Positions 37,420-48,143 of a stretch of DNA of 64,000 nucleotides are shown here, piece after piece. Location: positions 2,112,001 to 2,176,000 of the forward strand of contig OY759974.1 in the NCBI GenBank assembly GCA_963662945.1. Direction: 5' to 3'. A program made the position numbers and the translations under genes. The notes below the pieces were generated by a model, which had not been told where the DNA came from, made no database searches, and worked only from the letters and a program-made list of their open reading frames with translations. This stretch comes from Arcobacteraceae bacterium (GTDB lineage: Bacteria; Campylobacterota; Campylobacteria; Campylobacterales; Arcobacteraceae). Every line of letters begins with the position of its first letter. Position 1 is the stretch's first letter.

Positions 37420-37959
37420 TTATGCTATGAGTATTTTAAGTCCAATAAGTATCAAAACAATACCACCAAATTTTTCTGCATTTTGTTCATATTTAGCTCC
37501 AGTTCTTTTTCCTATATACACTCCTAAATAGCTAAATATAAATGTCGTACAACCTATAACTACTACTGAAACATAAGGATTTAAATCAAATAAATGAAGT
37601 GTAAATCCAGCTGCCATAGCATCAATACTTGTGGCGATGGCTAGTGTTAAAATAATACGATTTGAGACACATCTTATCTCCTCTTCCACTTTTTCTTGAT
37701 ATGATTCATAAATCATTTTTGCCCCAATTAAAGATAATAGAGCAAAAGCAATAATACTATCATATCCACTAATGTACTCTTCTAATCCAACTCCACCAAG
37801 ATACCCAATAAGTGGCATCAAAGCTTGAAATAAACCAAATAAAAATCCTGCTTTGAAAGCAATAATTTTAATGTTTTTTTTCTCTTTTATTCCAAGACCA
37901 ATAGAAACAGCAAAGGCATCCATACTCAAAGCAATAGCTAAAATCAAAACCTCAAACAT
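37420..37959 (-). CDS. mntP: Manganese efflux pump MntP (copy 1)
   Basis: ALSMDAFAVS, FQALMP, ATSIDAMAAG. Confidence 0.88.
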   Translation of the reverse strand: MFEVLILAIALSMDAFAVSIGLGIKEKKNIKIIAFKAGFLFGLFQALMPLIGYLGGVGLEEYISGYDSIIAFALLSLIGAKMIYESYQEKVEEEIRCVSNRIILTLAIATSIDAMAAGFTLHLFDLNPYVSVVVIGCTTFIFSYLGVYIGKRTGAKYEQNAEKFGGIVLILIGLKILIA

Positions 37960-39115
37960 CTGAGTTCCTATAAATCAATAATAACAATATAAAAAATAGT
38001 AATCCACTAAAAACAAAAGGTAAAGAACTCGAAAATCCATATAATATAGTACTCACTAATGGACCAAAAATCATCCCTATTCCATTAGCTGAAGATACCG
38101 TGCCTGCTGCATATCCTTGTTCATGATTTTCAACAGAATTGGCTGTTATTGACATAATAGATGGAAACAAAAAGCCCATTCCCAAACCAAAAAGTGAAGA
38201 GAATAACAAAGAAACCCAAATCTCTAAAGAATATGCCATCCCAATCATTCCCATAGCCAAAAGAATAGTCCCCAATTTCATAAAAGTATGAGGTTGGAGT
38301 GTTGTTATTTTTGTAACAATAATTTGAGCTACTATAAGAGTAAAACCTATACTTCCCAAAATATATCCTGTCACTTTTGCAGCCTCCAGGTCATTAAGTT
38401 TAAAAATATCAAGTGCAAAAAAACCTAAACAAGAATTAATAGTCATAAAAGCAAACATAGCTAAGAAAGCAGAAAATATAGGGATAAAAAGCCTTTTATC
38501 AAAAAACTTTGTTGTAACTTCTTGTTCAATATGAATTTTAGGAGCTCTTTTAATACTAAAATACAAAACAATAGCAGCTATAAATGGCAATATTGCAAAA
38601 GTATAAAGAGGCATTTCAAGCCCGTAAATAGCCAATGCCCCGCCTGCAATAGGACCTAAAACCATACCAATACCATTTGCGGCTCCTAGTTTTGCCATAT
38701 AATTAGATCTAAGATGTGGCTCAACTTTATCAGCTACAAATGCAGCTGAGACTGGCGATATGGCAGAATAAAATATACTAATGGCTCCTCTTGTTAAAAT
38801 AAGAACAATTAAGGATACAATAACTAAAGGAGGATTTTCTAAAGCAAAATCTATGAAAATTGCTAACACAAGATAAGAGATAGCTATCCCTAAAACTCCA
38901 GTTATAAGTACTGGTTTTCTTCCTATTTTATCACTTTTTTTACCCCAATATCTGGCAAAAAACACCCATGCTATTGCTCCAAAAGTTACCGTAAATCCTG
39001 CATGCCATTCTTGTAATCCAAGATTTCTAACTATTGGTCCAACCACTGGCATAAAAGCCATACCGGCAGTTGCACATAAAATATTTGTGAGCATTAATGG
39101 TTTAATTTCTTTCAT
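37952..39115 (-). CDS. MFS transporter (TetA-like)
   Basis: WGKKSDKIGRKP motif A, many TM segments; start reassigned to ATG 39115. Confidence 0.85.
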   Translation of the reverse strand: MKEIKPLMLTNILCATAGMAFMPVVGPIVRNLGLQEWHAGFTVTFGAIAWVFFARYWGKKSDKIGRKPVLITGVLGIAISYLVLAIFIDFALENPPLVIVSLIVLILTRGAISIFYSAISPVSAAFVADKVEPHLRSNYMAKLGAANGIGMVLGPIAGGALAIYGLEMPLYTFAILPFIAAIVLYFSIKRAPKIHIEQEVTTKFFDKRLFIPIFSAFLAMFAFMTINSCLGFFALDIFKLNDLEAAKVTGYILGSIGFTLIVAQIIVTKITTLQPHTFMKLGTILLAMGMIGMAYSLEIWVSLLFSSLFGLGMGFLFPSIMSITANSVENHEQGYAAGTVSSANGIGMIFGPLVSTILYGFSSSLPFVFSGLLFFILLLLIYRNSDV

Positions 39116-40319
39116 ATTCAATTCCTTTAAAAAATAATAATACATACATCATTGAAATAAATGAAAACAAAGAAGCAACAATAATCATAGTGCTATAACC
39201 AAAAGTTCCTGATAAAGATACTCCAAAAGCACTAGCTAGAACTCCTATGAGCATAAAAGGGAAAAATTGTAAAGCATATTCTGTAGTTGGAGATTTTGTT
39301 GATAATTGATCCATCATTAAAGCATGAATAATTGGCATAGATGCACTATAACTTATAAAAATAACACTCATAGATAAAGAAGCAAATAAAATATTTGTGT
39401 ATCCATTAATTAAAAATAATAGTGTTAAAAATCCTAAACATTCAAAGACACTAATACCAATAAGCATCGTTTTTCTTGAGAATATTTTTAATAAATATCC
39501 ACTAATTACAGAAGCAATAATTCCTAAAATACTTCCAACTACTCCATTTATAAAGCCAATTTTATCTAAGCCATAACCAATATCAACCAATATGGGACTT
39601 AATAAAGCATAAGAAATACACATTCCTATTGGATAAAGAATTAACAAAATAAGTAGTAAAACTCGCCCTTTTTTATTCCAAAATTGAAAAAAAAGTTTCC
39701 ATGATATATCATGAGTAGTATGTTCAACTACACATTTTGATTCTTTATAAAGTAACAATTGAATGAAAGTAATAGTTGTAATAAATGCTAAAAGTAAAAC
39801 TGTCAAACTCCAACCAAAATACTCATAAATAGTTAAAGCTCCTCCTACTCCTAAAATATTTCCAATTATTCCTCCAGAAGTTTTAAGTGTTCCTCCTAAT
39901 CCTCTTTCACTTTTTGTTAAAAGTTTAAATGCTAAACCTTCAGCTGCTATATCTTGAGTAGCAGCTAAAAGTCCCACTAAAATTAAAGCAGTGATTATGA
40001 TTAATTTATCTTCTATTACATTAAAAAAAGAGGTAAAAATGATTGAAACTATCAGCAAAAGTTGAACCATTTTAAGAAAACCAGAATAATTTCCATGGTG
40101 TCTAGTAACATATTTGTCTACCCAAGGTGCCCATAAAAATTTTATTACCCAAACCAAACTAATCAAAGAAAAAAACCCCAATTGTTCAAGTGGCATCCCA
40201 CTTTTTCTCCAAATTGCAATAATTGCAATTGAAAAAAAAGAGAATCCTACATATTGAGTAACATATAAACTAGCTAATAATAAAATAGATTGAGGAGTTA
40301 AACAAGAACATTTATTCAT
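39102..40319 (-). CDS. AmpG/RhtX/FptX/YbtX-like MFS transporter
   Basis: KFLWAPWVD, AATQDIAAEG. Confidence 0.85.
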   Translation of the reverse strand: MNKCSCLTPQSILLLASLYVTQYVGFSFFSIAIIAIWRKSGMPLEQLGFFSLISLVWVIKFLWAPWVDKYVTRHHGNYSGFLKMVQLLLIVSIIFTSFFNVIEDKLIIITALILVGLLAATQDIAAEGLAFKLLTKSERGLGGTLKTSGGIIGNILGVGGALTIYEYFGWSLTVLLLAFITTITFIQLLLYKESKCVVEHTTHDISWKLFFQFWNKKGRVLLLILLILYPIGMCISYALLSPILVDIGYGLDKIGFINGVVGSILGIIASVISGYLLKIFSRKTMLIGISVFECLGFLTLLFLINGYTNILFASLSMSVIFISYSASMPIIHALMMDQLSTKSPTTEYALQFFPFMLIGVLASAFGVSLSGTFGYSTMIIVASLFSFISMMYVLLFFKGIEYERN

Positions 40320-42081
40320 TTATATTCCAATCTTTAACTCTTTGTTGTGCTGACCACATACCATAATATCTACCATTTTTTGTTACTAGCTTATCATGTG
40401 TACCACTTTCAACAATTTCTCCATTATCAACCACAAGTATATTATCCGCTCCGGCGATAGTTGATAATCTATGGGCTATAACAATAATAGTTTTATTTTC
40501 TACTAGCTTATCTATGGCACTTTGTACTGCTACTTCACTTTGGGTATCTAATGCGGCAGTAGGCTCATCAAGGATTACAATCGGAGCATTTTTTAAAATA
40601 GCTCTTGCTATTGATATTCTTTGTCGCTCACCTCCACTTAAACTTCCCCCAATATCTCCTATTTTTGTATTGTATCCATTTGGCAATCTTGTGATAAATT
40701 CATGGCAATAGGCACTATTTGCCGCTTCTTCTACCTCTTTGTCTGTGGCATTTGGATTTGCCATACGAATATTGTTTATGATAGTATCATCAAATAAATA
40801 AACATCTTGAAACACCACAGAGATATTTTTCATCAAATCTTCAGGTGTCATATTTTTGATATTTATTCCACCAATTTTGATATTTCCACTTTGTGGGTCG
40901 GCATATCTCATAATCATTTTAGTAATAGTAGTTTTACCGCAACCAGAGTGTCCTACAAGTGCTGTCATTGTTTTATTCGGTATAGCGAAACTTACATTTT
41001 TCAGTACTTTTGTTGCATGATTATGATAAGCGAAACTCACATTTTCAAACTCAATGTTATAATCTTTTATGGTTCCCAATGGTTTGTTTATTTTGAGAGG
41101 TTCAATATCCAAAATAGATTTGATTCTTTTAAATGCTGAATCCATCAAATCAAATACTGATACTACACCTAAAAAGATTGATAATGGTTCAGCAAGTCTT
41201 GATATGACAATAATTGCAGCAGCTAGAGTAATAAACGACAAGGTATTATCAAGAACAAAAAATGCCCCGATAAATACAAGTATTAGTAGTGTTACTTCTA
41301 TCAAAACTCCCATTAGTACAAATGGAACTTGTCCTTTATAAAGTCCTTGTTTTTGCACCTTTTTGACATAAGCTATTGAGTCTTGTAATTTTTGTGCATT
41401 TACACCTACTTTATTGACAGCTTTTAGTACTGGTAAGCCTTGAATATACTCTACAAAATCTGATTCTAATATCCCGTTAGCCTGATTGTATTCACTTTTC
41501 TCTTCATAAGAAGCTCTTCTTTTCCAGCTATATAGTGGAATAGCAAGAGGAAGCATCGCAAGCATTATAAGTGCAAGTCGCCAATCTACAAAAAAAGTAA
41601 CTACAATTATCGTTATAGGTACAATTACAATTTGCAAAAACATAGAAGCTACCATTCCCATGTGTAATACAGACTCATCGACATTACTTGAAAAAGTAGA
41701 GTTAAGTTCACCTGTTTTATAAGTTGAAAGTTTCTCTAATGGCATCTCTCGTAAAGCAATTCCAAGTTTTGTTCTTAGATCATGGGTTACATCGACAATT
41801 TTTCCATTATAGTCAAAATCATGTCCTTTCCATTTTGCCCAAAAAGACAATATGCTAAAAAGTACCATTAAACCAAGATAAAGGACAATATCAGATATTA
41901 CTAGTGTATCTGCGAACATTGATAAAAGTAGTGGATAAAACATACCAAAAGCAAGACCTTGAAATACAAATGCTAAAGTAAAATAGACTAAACTTTTTTT
42001 AAAACCACTTCCGTATTCACCTGCTAACTCTAAAGTTAATTTATAGATAGCATACATAGAGGCAAATTGATTCTTTTTCAT
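40312..42081 (-). CDS. YbtQ/IrtB-like fused ABC transporter
   Basis: EYIQGLPVLK, GHSGCGKTT, LSGGERQR, LDEPTA; start reassigned to 42081 (SD GGAGG, ATGA overlap). Confidence 0.88.
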   Translation of the reverse strand: MKKNQFASMYAIYKLTLELAGEYGSGFKKSLVYFTLAFVFQGLAFGMFYPLLLSMFADTLVISDIVLYLGLMVLFSILSFWAKWKGHDFDYNGKIVDVTHDLRTKLGIALREMPLEKLSTYKTGELNSTFSSNVDESVLHMGMVASMFLQIVIVPITIIVVTFFVDWRLALIMLAMLPLAIPLYSWKRRASYEEKSEYNQANGILESDFVEYIQGLPVLKAVNKVGVNAQKLQDSIAYVKKVQKQGLYKGQVPFVLMGVLIEVTLLILVFIGAFFVLDNTLSFITLAAAIIVISRLAEPLSIFLGVVSVFDLMDSAFKRIKSILDIEPLKINKPLGTIKDYNIEFENVSFAYHNHATKVLKNVSFAIPNKTMTALVGHSGCGKTTITKMIMRYADPQSGNIKIGGINIKNMTPEDLMKNISVVFQDVYLFDDTIINNIRMANPNATDKEVEEAANSAYCHEFITRLPNGYNTKIGDIGGSLSGGERQRISIARAILKNAPIVILDEPTAALDTQSEVAVQSAIDKLVENKTIIVIAHRLSTIAGADNILVVDNGEIVESGTHDKLVTKNGRYYGMWSAQQRVKDWNINE

Positions 42082-43865
42082 TTTATACCTCCTATATGGT
42101 GTATATCCCAATTTTGTGCTTTTTCATAATTACTCCAAAGTTTTGCATAAATACCGTTTTGTATTGTTAAAAGTTCTTGATGTTTACCTTTCTCTTGCAC
42201 TTCTGCGTTATCAAATACGATTATTTGGTCAACATCTTTGATGGTTGAAAGTCTATGTGCTATTACTATAACTGTTTTATTTTTCATCAAATTTGCAAGT
42301 GCTTTGATAATCTCCTCTTCATTTTCAGGATCAGCAAACGCAGTAGCCTCATCAAGCACCACTATAGGGGTATTTCTCAAAATTGCCCGTGCAATAGTGA
42401 TTCGTTGTTTTTGTCCTCCTGAAAGATTTGTCCCTCTATCTCCAGCCATAGTTTCATAACCATTTGGCAAACTTAAAATAAAATCATGGATTTGAGCTGC
42501 TTTGCAAGCTTCTATCATATCTTTATCTGTTGCATTTTCATTTGCCATTTTGATATTGTTTGATAAAGTGTCATTGAACAAAAAGGTATCTTGAAATACA
42601 AATGAAACAGTATCCATCAAAGTTTGTGAATCAATATCTTTGATGTCAATACCGCCTATTTTGATACTACCGCTCGTGACATCCCAAAACCTAGGTATGA
42701 GTTTTGCCACCGTACTTTTCCCTGCTCCACTTGGTCCTACAAGTGCTGTAACAGTATTCGCTTTGACTTCAAAATTGATATTTTTTAGGGCATAGTTGTC
42801 TTTTTCATTGTATTTAAAATCAACATTTTCAAACAGAATATTTGTATTTTGTATTTTTTTATGTGTGTTTGAGTTATGAAGTACTGGTATATCCATAATT
42901 TCTTGTATTCTAATAGCTGCAGCACTTGATTTTTTGACAAAATTGCTCATCCACATTAGAGGCATTAATGCATCAGCCATCCCAGTGCTTACAAGTAATG
43001 CTGCAATAAATGGCGCAAACTCTAAAGTTCCATTCATCAAAAAAAAGAGTCCCATAATCGTAACCGCAAGAAGTGTTGGCATAGGACTAAGAACAGTCAT
43101 TGCTATTTTTGCAGGAGTACTTGTAGAGCCAAACCACGCTTTAAGATTTGTTCTATATTTTGCAAGGGCATCATTGTATCTTTTAAATGAAGTTGTCCCA
43201 TCATCAAAAGTTCGTACAACCGGCATAGCTTGAACAAATTCAATAACAGCCTTGTTGATTTCACTTTGGCTTTGCTCATAGTTTTCCCTATGGCTTACAG
43301 AATCTTTCATCACAAATTTCATAAGCACGGCACCCACCAATAAAATAGCAATAGCAACTAATCCCAAACGATAGTCAATCACAAAAAGTGCAACCATAGA
43401 AGCAAGTGGAGCTACAATCGCCTTGGCAAGCATAGGTGTCGTATCAGCAACAAATGCATGAAGATTTTTCACATCATCAAGAAGCACTTTTTTGATAGCA
43501 CCTGTTCCAAGAGTGATAATATGCCCTAGTGGAATTTGAGCTAAATGGGTAGTAATATCTGTTCTTAAAATTTGTTCCAGTTTAAAAGCACCCAAATGAG
43601 AAATCACAAAAGAGTAAAATTTAGTTAAAAACGAAAGAATAGTGATAGAAGCTAAAAGTATCAATGCTTCTTTAAATCCAAGTTCAAAACCAAATAAATT
43701 GATAGTTCCACCCATAACAAGCCCAATAACATAAGCCAAAAAGACAAAACCCACAACTGATAATATTCCACTAAAAGCAGAAATCACCATAGCCCATCTA
43801 ATATAACTATTTACAGGAGCTATAATAGCCCAAAGCCCCCGTTTTTTAGTATTTTTTGTATTCAT
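42078..43865 (-). CDS. YbtP/IrtA-like fused ABC transporter
   Basis: SHLGAF, GAIKKVLLDDV, EFVQAMPVVRTF, GPSGAGKST, LDEATAFADPENE. Confidence 0.88.
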   Translation of the reverse strand: MNTKNTKKRGLWAIIAPVNSYIRWAMVISAFSGILSVVGFVFLAYVIGLVMGGTINLFGFELGFKEALILLASITILSFLTKFYSFVISHLGAFKLEQILRTDITTHLAQIPLGHIITLGTGAIKKVLLDDVKNLHAFVADTTPMLAKAIVAPLASMVALFVIDYRLGLVAIAILLVGAVLMKFVMKDSVSHRENYEQSQSEINKAVIEFVQAMPVVRTFDDGTTSFKRYNDALAKYRTNLKAWFGSTSTPAKIAMTVLSPMPTLLAVTIMGLFFLMNGTLEFAPFIAALLVSTGMADALMPLMWMSNFVKKSSAAAIRIQEIMDIPVLHNSNTHKKIQNTNILFENVDFKYNEKDNYALKNINFEVKANTVTALVGPSGAGKSTVAKLIPRFWDVTSGSIKIGGIDIKDIDSQTLMDTVSFVFQDTFLFNDTLSNNIKMANENATDKDMIEACKAAQIHDFILSLPNGYETMAGDRGTNLSGGQKQRITIARAILRNTPIVVLDEATAFADPENEEEIIKALANLMKNKTVIVIAHRLSTIKDVDQIIVFDNAEVQEKGKHQELLTIQNGIYAKLWSNYEKAQNWDIHHIGGIK

Positions 43866-43873
43866 TTTTATCC

Positions 43874-45961
43874 TTAAAATTTATATCTGGCACCAATACC
43901 AAAAGTTCTTGGTTCATTGAATCCTGCTATTTGCATTCCTGATGATGAGGATCTAAATGAATCTATATACTCTTCATCGGTGATATTTTTGATATACCCA
44001 TAGATATCCCAATCTTTTATCTTATATCCAACTTTTAGATTTGAGATAATTGCTCCATCAGCCGTAACCATAGTGCTGTTTGCTCCATCAAAATAGCTTG
44101 TGTCTCCTCTAGCAAAAGCATCCAATCTTCCATAAATTCCACTATCTGATACATACGCTATCCCAACATTTGCTGTGTATTTAGGAGTATTTTCTATCCT
44201 TTTACCATCGTAGATGGCGGTTCCTGTATCGTAGTCATCGTACTTAGCATCTATAAATCCTATCGCACCTGAAAGTTCGATATTATCTGTTAAGAAATAT
44301 TTTCCATCTATCTCTATCCCTTGAGTATGGGCTTTTTTAGCATTGTCTGTAATCCAAATAGTTCCTCCACCTGCAACTCTATAGATATGAATATCCTCTA
44401 TATCCATTCTAAATACCGAAGCATTTAAAAGATAGTTTTCACCTGTATATTTCATACCTACTTCATAGTTAGTCGATTTTTGTGGGTCAAAACTATTTTC
44501 AGCAGTTGCTCCACTATTAGCAAAATAGTTAAAACCTCCAGGCATATATCCTTTTGAAACAGAGGCAAAAGTGGTTAAGCTATCACTGTTTTTATATGAG
44601 AGGGCAACTTTTGGTAAAAAAGTATTCCAAGACTTGTCATCTTTATATACAAAATCTGGAAGTGCAACACCACCAAAACTTGACTTCATGGTCAAATCAA
44701 TATCTTTTTTGATTTTTTGGTATCTTCCACCAAGGGTGAGTTCAAACTTCTCAGCAAAGGGAATCATCGTCTGACCAAATACAGCTTGAGTTTTACTATT
44801 CGCTTTGGCATAAGCATCAGATACATAAACAGCTCCCATATTCATCATCTCCATACCATAAGGTCCGATATCTCTTTCTTCATCATCAGCATAAACTCCA
44901 GCTACCCATTTTATATCTTGAATTTTTCCTGAGAGTTTAATCTCTTGGGTCCAAGTATCCGAATTTGTATAATTGAACATTCGTAGCCCATCATTTATGG
45001 TACCAGAGATATAATCTCCGTCATAATCCCCATCTAAGTTAAATTTTTTATGAGTGGTTGTAGAGTCTAATGTTATATTATCAAAATCATAATTTAGATT
45101 TAAACTTTGAGATTTGACTTTTGATTCTTCATAGGTAGGTACATCAAAGTTTGCATTTTTGGCACTATCTCTTTTGATACTACTTATTGGAGTAGAAATA
45201 TCTGCTGTATTAAGTCCATCCATCCAATTTGTTTTTGAATAGTTATCAGTAATAGTTAATTTTGTCGAAAACCTATCTGTTGGTTTAAATAATAAAAATG
45301 CACTTGTTTTTCTCTCTTTATCTTTATCTGCGTTTTTGTCCATCCCTGGATAATTGTTGCTTATCCATCCATCATCAGACATAAAAGAACCATTTATTCC
45401 TGCAAAAAGTTTATTTTCTATCAATGCACCACTTGTATTAAAAGAACTTTGCATATAGTTATTGTTACCATATTCAGCACCAATACTACCACTCCACTCA
45501 TTAGTAGGATTTTTTGTGATGATATTGATAACTGCACCGATTGCATCTTTACCATAAAGTGTCCCTTGAGGACCTCTTAGTATTTCTACTTGTTCAACAT
45601 TTGCCAATGATGGGTCAAAGTCATATCTATCGTAATAGGGCACACCATCTACATAAATAACAACAGGATTGCTATTTGTAAACATTGAAAGATTTAATCC
45701 TCGAAACGAAGTTTGAACACCATTATTTGAACCGCTTGTAATCATATTTGGTACTTCTTTAACTACATCATTGATAGTTTTAATCCCTTTTTCTGCTAAT
45801 ATCTCTTCATCAATTACTGTGATACTTTGCGGAACATCTTTGATGTTTTCCTCTATTTTATTGGCACTAACTGATACATCATCTAATTTGATAGTATCGT
45901 TTGCAAATAAAAAGTTTGCACATACGATAGATATCCCAAGTGCTAATTTCTTTGTATTCAT
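43874..45961 (-). CDS. FyuA-like TonB-dependent siderophore receptor
   Basis: VSVSANK, VEILRGPQGTLYGKDAIGAVINI, GYMPGGFN, PRTFGIGARYKF. Confidence 0.9.
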   Translation of the reverse strand: MNTKKLALGISIVCANFLFANDTIKLDDVSVSANKIEENIKDVPQSITVIDEEILAEKGIKTINDVVKEVPNMITSGSNNGVQTSFRGLNLSMFTNSNPVVIYVDGVPYYDRYDFDPSLANVEQVEILRGPQGTLYGKDAIGAVINIITKNPTNEWSGSIGAEYGNNNYMQSSFNTSGALIENKLFAGINGSFMSDDGWISNNYPGMDKNADKDKERKTSAFLLFKPTDRFSTKLTITDNYSKTNWMDGLNTADISTPISSIKRDSAKNANFDVPTYEESKVKSQSLNLNYDFDNITLDSTTTHKKFNLDGDYDGDYISGTINDGLRMFNYTNSDTWTQEIKLSGKIQDIKWVAGVYADDEERDIGPYGMEMMNMGAVYVSDAYAKANSKTQAVFGQTMIPFAEKFELTLGGRYQKIKKDIDLTMKSSFGGVALPDFVYKDDKSWNTFLPKVALSYKNSDSLTTFASVSKGYMPGGFNYFANSGATAENSFDPQKSTNYEVGMKYTGENYLLNASVFRMDIEDIHIYRVAGGGTIWITDNAKKAHTQGIEIDGKYFLTDNIELSGAIGFIDAKYDDYDTGTAIYDGKRIENTPKYTANVGIAYVSDSGIYGRLDAFARGDTSYFDGANSTMVTADGAIISNLKVGYKIKDWDIYGYIKNITDEEYIDSFRSSSSGMQIAGFNEPRTFGIGARYKF

Positions 45962-46010
45962 TCTTTTCCCTTATCTTTTTATTAAAATTAAAGTAGAACT
46001 ATATTATAAT

Positions 46011-46025
46011 TGATATTAATTATCA
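46011..46025. promoter_or_regulatory. Fur box next to overlapping divergent -10 elements
   Basis: TGATATTAATTATCA; ATTATAAT at 46003-46010 gives TATAAT on both strands. Confidence 0.7.
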
Positions 46026-46079
46026 ATATCTAGATAATGTTATAAGGATTTATTTTAGTGGGAAAAGGATTTTAATTTT

Positions 46080-47072
46080 ATGAGTAGTTTTATATCTTCA
46101 AATGAGTTATGGGATAAAGTGTGCGAAAGTGTTGACTATCCAAACAATCCAAGAGGGAAGACAAATATTAATATAGCACGAGATTATGGTGTGATGAATA
46201 TAAATCATTATAATACAGGGGTTGGTATAAAGTATACCTCCATATCTGGGTTATTTAAAGATGATACTGTAGTAGAAAATACCAACTCTTTTGATATTAA
46301 TTTTTTGTGTTTTAATAGCGGCAATAATATTTATATGGAAGATACAATAAAACATAAAAAGGTCAAGTGGGATTCAAATATATGTTGGAATGGTGAACTA
46401 TTTACAGGGCATAAGTGCAATAGTTTTTATCCAAAAAATCAACTTATTCAGTTGCACCAGATAAGTTTTGATAAAAATTTGTTTCAAGAACTTATTCAAA
46501 ATCATAATAAATTTAAAAATACAAAATCTATACACAAAGGGGATTATATAGATGTGAATTTTAACAATCATATAAATATAAATCAAAAAACACTGCTCAA
46601 TGATTTAGTTCAAACTTCAAATTTAGATGGTGATAAACTCCAAGAACTATATCTAGAATCAAAACTTTTGGAATTGGTCTATACAAGTTTAACTTCAATT
46701 GAGACAAAAGAAAAAACTGATAGTTTTTATTTGAGTCAAAAAGATATAGAGTGTTTATATAATGCAAAAAAAATTTTACTTGAAAATATGACAAATCCTC
46801 CATCGCTTAAAGAGCTATCTCATAAATCAGCATTAAATGAATTTAAGCTCAAAAAAGGCTTTAAACAACTTTTTGGAACAACTGTCTATGGTATGCTTCA
46901 ATCATATAGACTCGATTATGCAAAAAATCTTCTTATCAAAAATGATATTTGTATTCAAGAAGCAGTAACAATGGTTGGGTACAATAGTATGAGTCATTTT
47001 AGTAAAGTTTTTAAAGAAAAATATGGTTTTCTACCAAAAGAGATAAGAAAGAGTAACTTATATCAAATTTAA
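46080..47072 (+). CDS. AraC-family regulator (PchR/YbtA-like)
   Basis: LYLESKLLEL, PPSLKELS...NEFKLKKGFKQLFGTT, VGY..SHFSKVFK..YG..P. Confidence 0.9.
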   Translation: MSSFISSNELWDKVCESVDYPNNPRGKTNINIARDYGVMNINHYNTGVGIKYTSISGLFKDDTVVENTNSFDINFLCFNSGNNIYMEDTIKHKKVKWDSNICWNGELFTGHKCNSFYPKNQLIQLHQISFDKNLFQELIQNHNKFKNTKSIHKGDYIDVNFNNHININQKTLLNDLVQTSNLDGDKLQELYLESKLLELVYTSLTSIETKEKTDSFYLSQKDIECLYNAKKILLENMTNPPSLKELSHKSALNEFKLKKGFKQLFGTTVYGMLQSYRLDYAKNLLIKNDICIQEAVTMVGYNSMSHFSKVFKEKYGFLPKEIRKSNLYQI

Positions 47073-47094
47073 GTAATAAAAATTTGATATAAGT
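47056..47094. terminator. Hairpin overlapping the AraC stop codon
   Basis: Perfect 15-bp inverted repeat ACTTATATCAAATTT / AAATTTGATATAAGT. Confidence 0.6.
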
Positions 47095-47304
47095 AAAATA
47101 TTGCAATATGGCATGAGATATTAATTTTGAGAATTACATAGTGAAAAAGAAAGTGGAACTGATTTTTTTGCTAAATATGTTTACTATTTAGTAAGTATTA
47201 GTTTATTTTCTTTTGTAATTCTCAGTGTATAGATTGCTCCATTATGGAGTATTTTTACCACTTTTTTATCATCAAATACTATTTTTGAATCTATTAGTTT
47301 TATA

Positions 47305-47688
47305 TTATCCTTCATGCTGTACTACCATTGATATTTTTTCTATCCCTTTTTGTTTTAATAAGTCTACAATAAAGACAAATTCCTCGTAAGGGGTGAGTTT
47401 ATCTGCTTGTATTGAGACAATATCTTGTTTTGTTATCTCATTTAGTTTGATTTTAATTTCCTCTTTTAGTATTTTTTTATTGTTAATAAAAAATTCTTTT
47501 TGCTCATTGATAGCTATATCAAATGTTTTAGATTTTATTTTTTCTTGTGTAACTCCACTTGGAAGTGTTATATCAAGTTTTCCCAATGCAATAAAAGAAG
47601 AGATAGTTAGTATTATTGCTAATAATACTAACATAACATCAATAAGTGGAACAACATTAATTCCTTCAACTTTTTTTAATGACTTCAT
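47305..47688 (-). CDS. exbD: ExbD
   Basis: INVVPLIDVMLVLL, IQADK. Confidence 0.93.
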   Translation of the reverse strand: MKSLKKVEGINVVPLIDVMLVLLAIILTISSFIALGKLDITLPSGVTQEKIKSKTFDIAINEQKEFFINNKKILKEEIKIKLNEITKQDIVSIQADKLTPYEEFVFIVDLLKQKGIEKISMVVQHEG

Positions 47689-48100
47689 CTTCCCACTCGC
47701 TTATAATTAAATCAACTTTTCGTAAAAAACCACCATAAATCATAGTTGAAGGAATTGCTACAATAAGTCCAGCTGCTGTTACTTTTAAAGCAAGTGCTAA
47801 ACCTATAATGATTTTTGAAGTATCTATCGCACCTCCACTTAATCCAATATCATAAAACACTAACATAATTCCACCAACTGTTCCTAGTAACCCAACATAA
47901 GGTGCATTAGAACCAATCAATGAAATAATTGTAAGATTTTTTGTTGTTACTCGTTCTAGTTGATTGAGTGTTTTATAACGGGAAAAATCAGTATTTCTAT
48001 AAAATACCCATCGCTCTACCGCGTAACCAACTACAAGGATACTCATAAAAAACAGTATCCCTAAGCTTCCATAATCAACTAATAATTTTATATTTTCCAT
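47666..48100 (-). CDS. exbB: ExbB (short form)
   Basis: APYVGLLGTVGGI, ALKVTAAGLIVAIP. Confidence 0.93.
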   Translation of the reverse strand: MENIKLLVDYGSLGILFFMSILVVGYAVERWVFYRNTDFSRYKTLNQLERVTTKNLTIISLIGSNAPYVGLLGTVGGIMLVFYDIGLSGGAIDTSKIIIGLALALKVTAAGLIVAIPSTMIYGGFLRKVDLIISEWEDEVIKKS

Positions 48101-48143
48101 TTTTTCTCTACTTTTTATTTAGAATTAGGTGTGATAATTTCAT

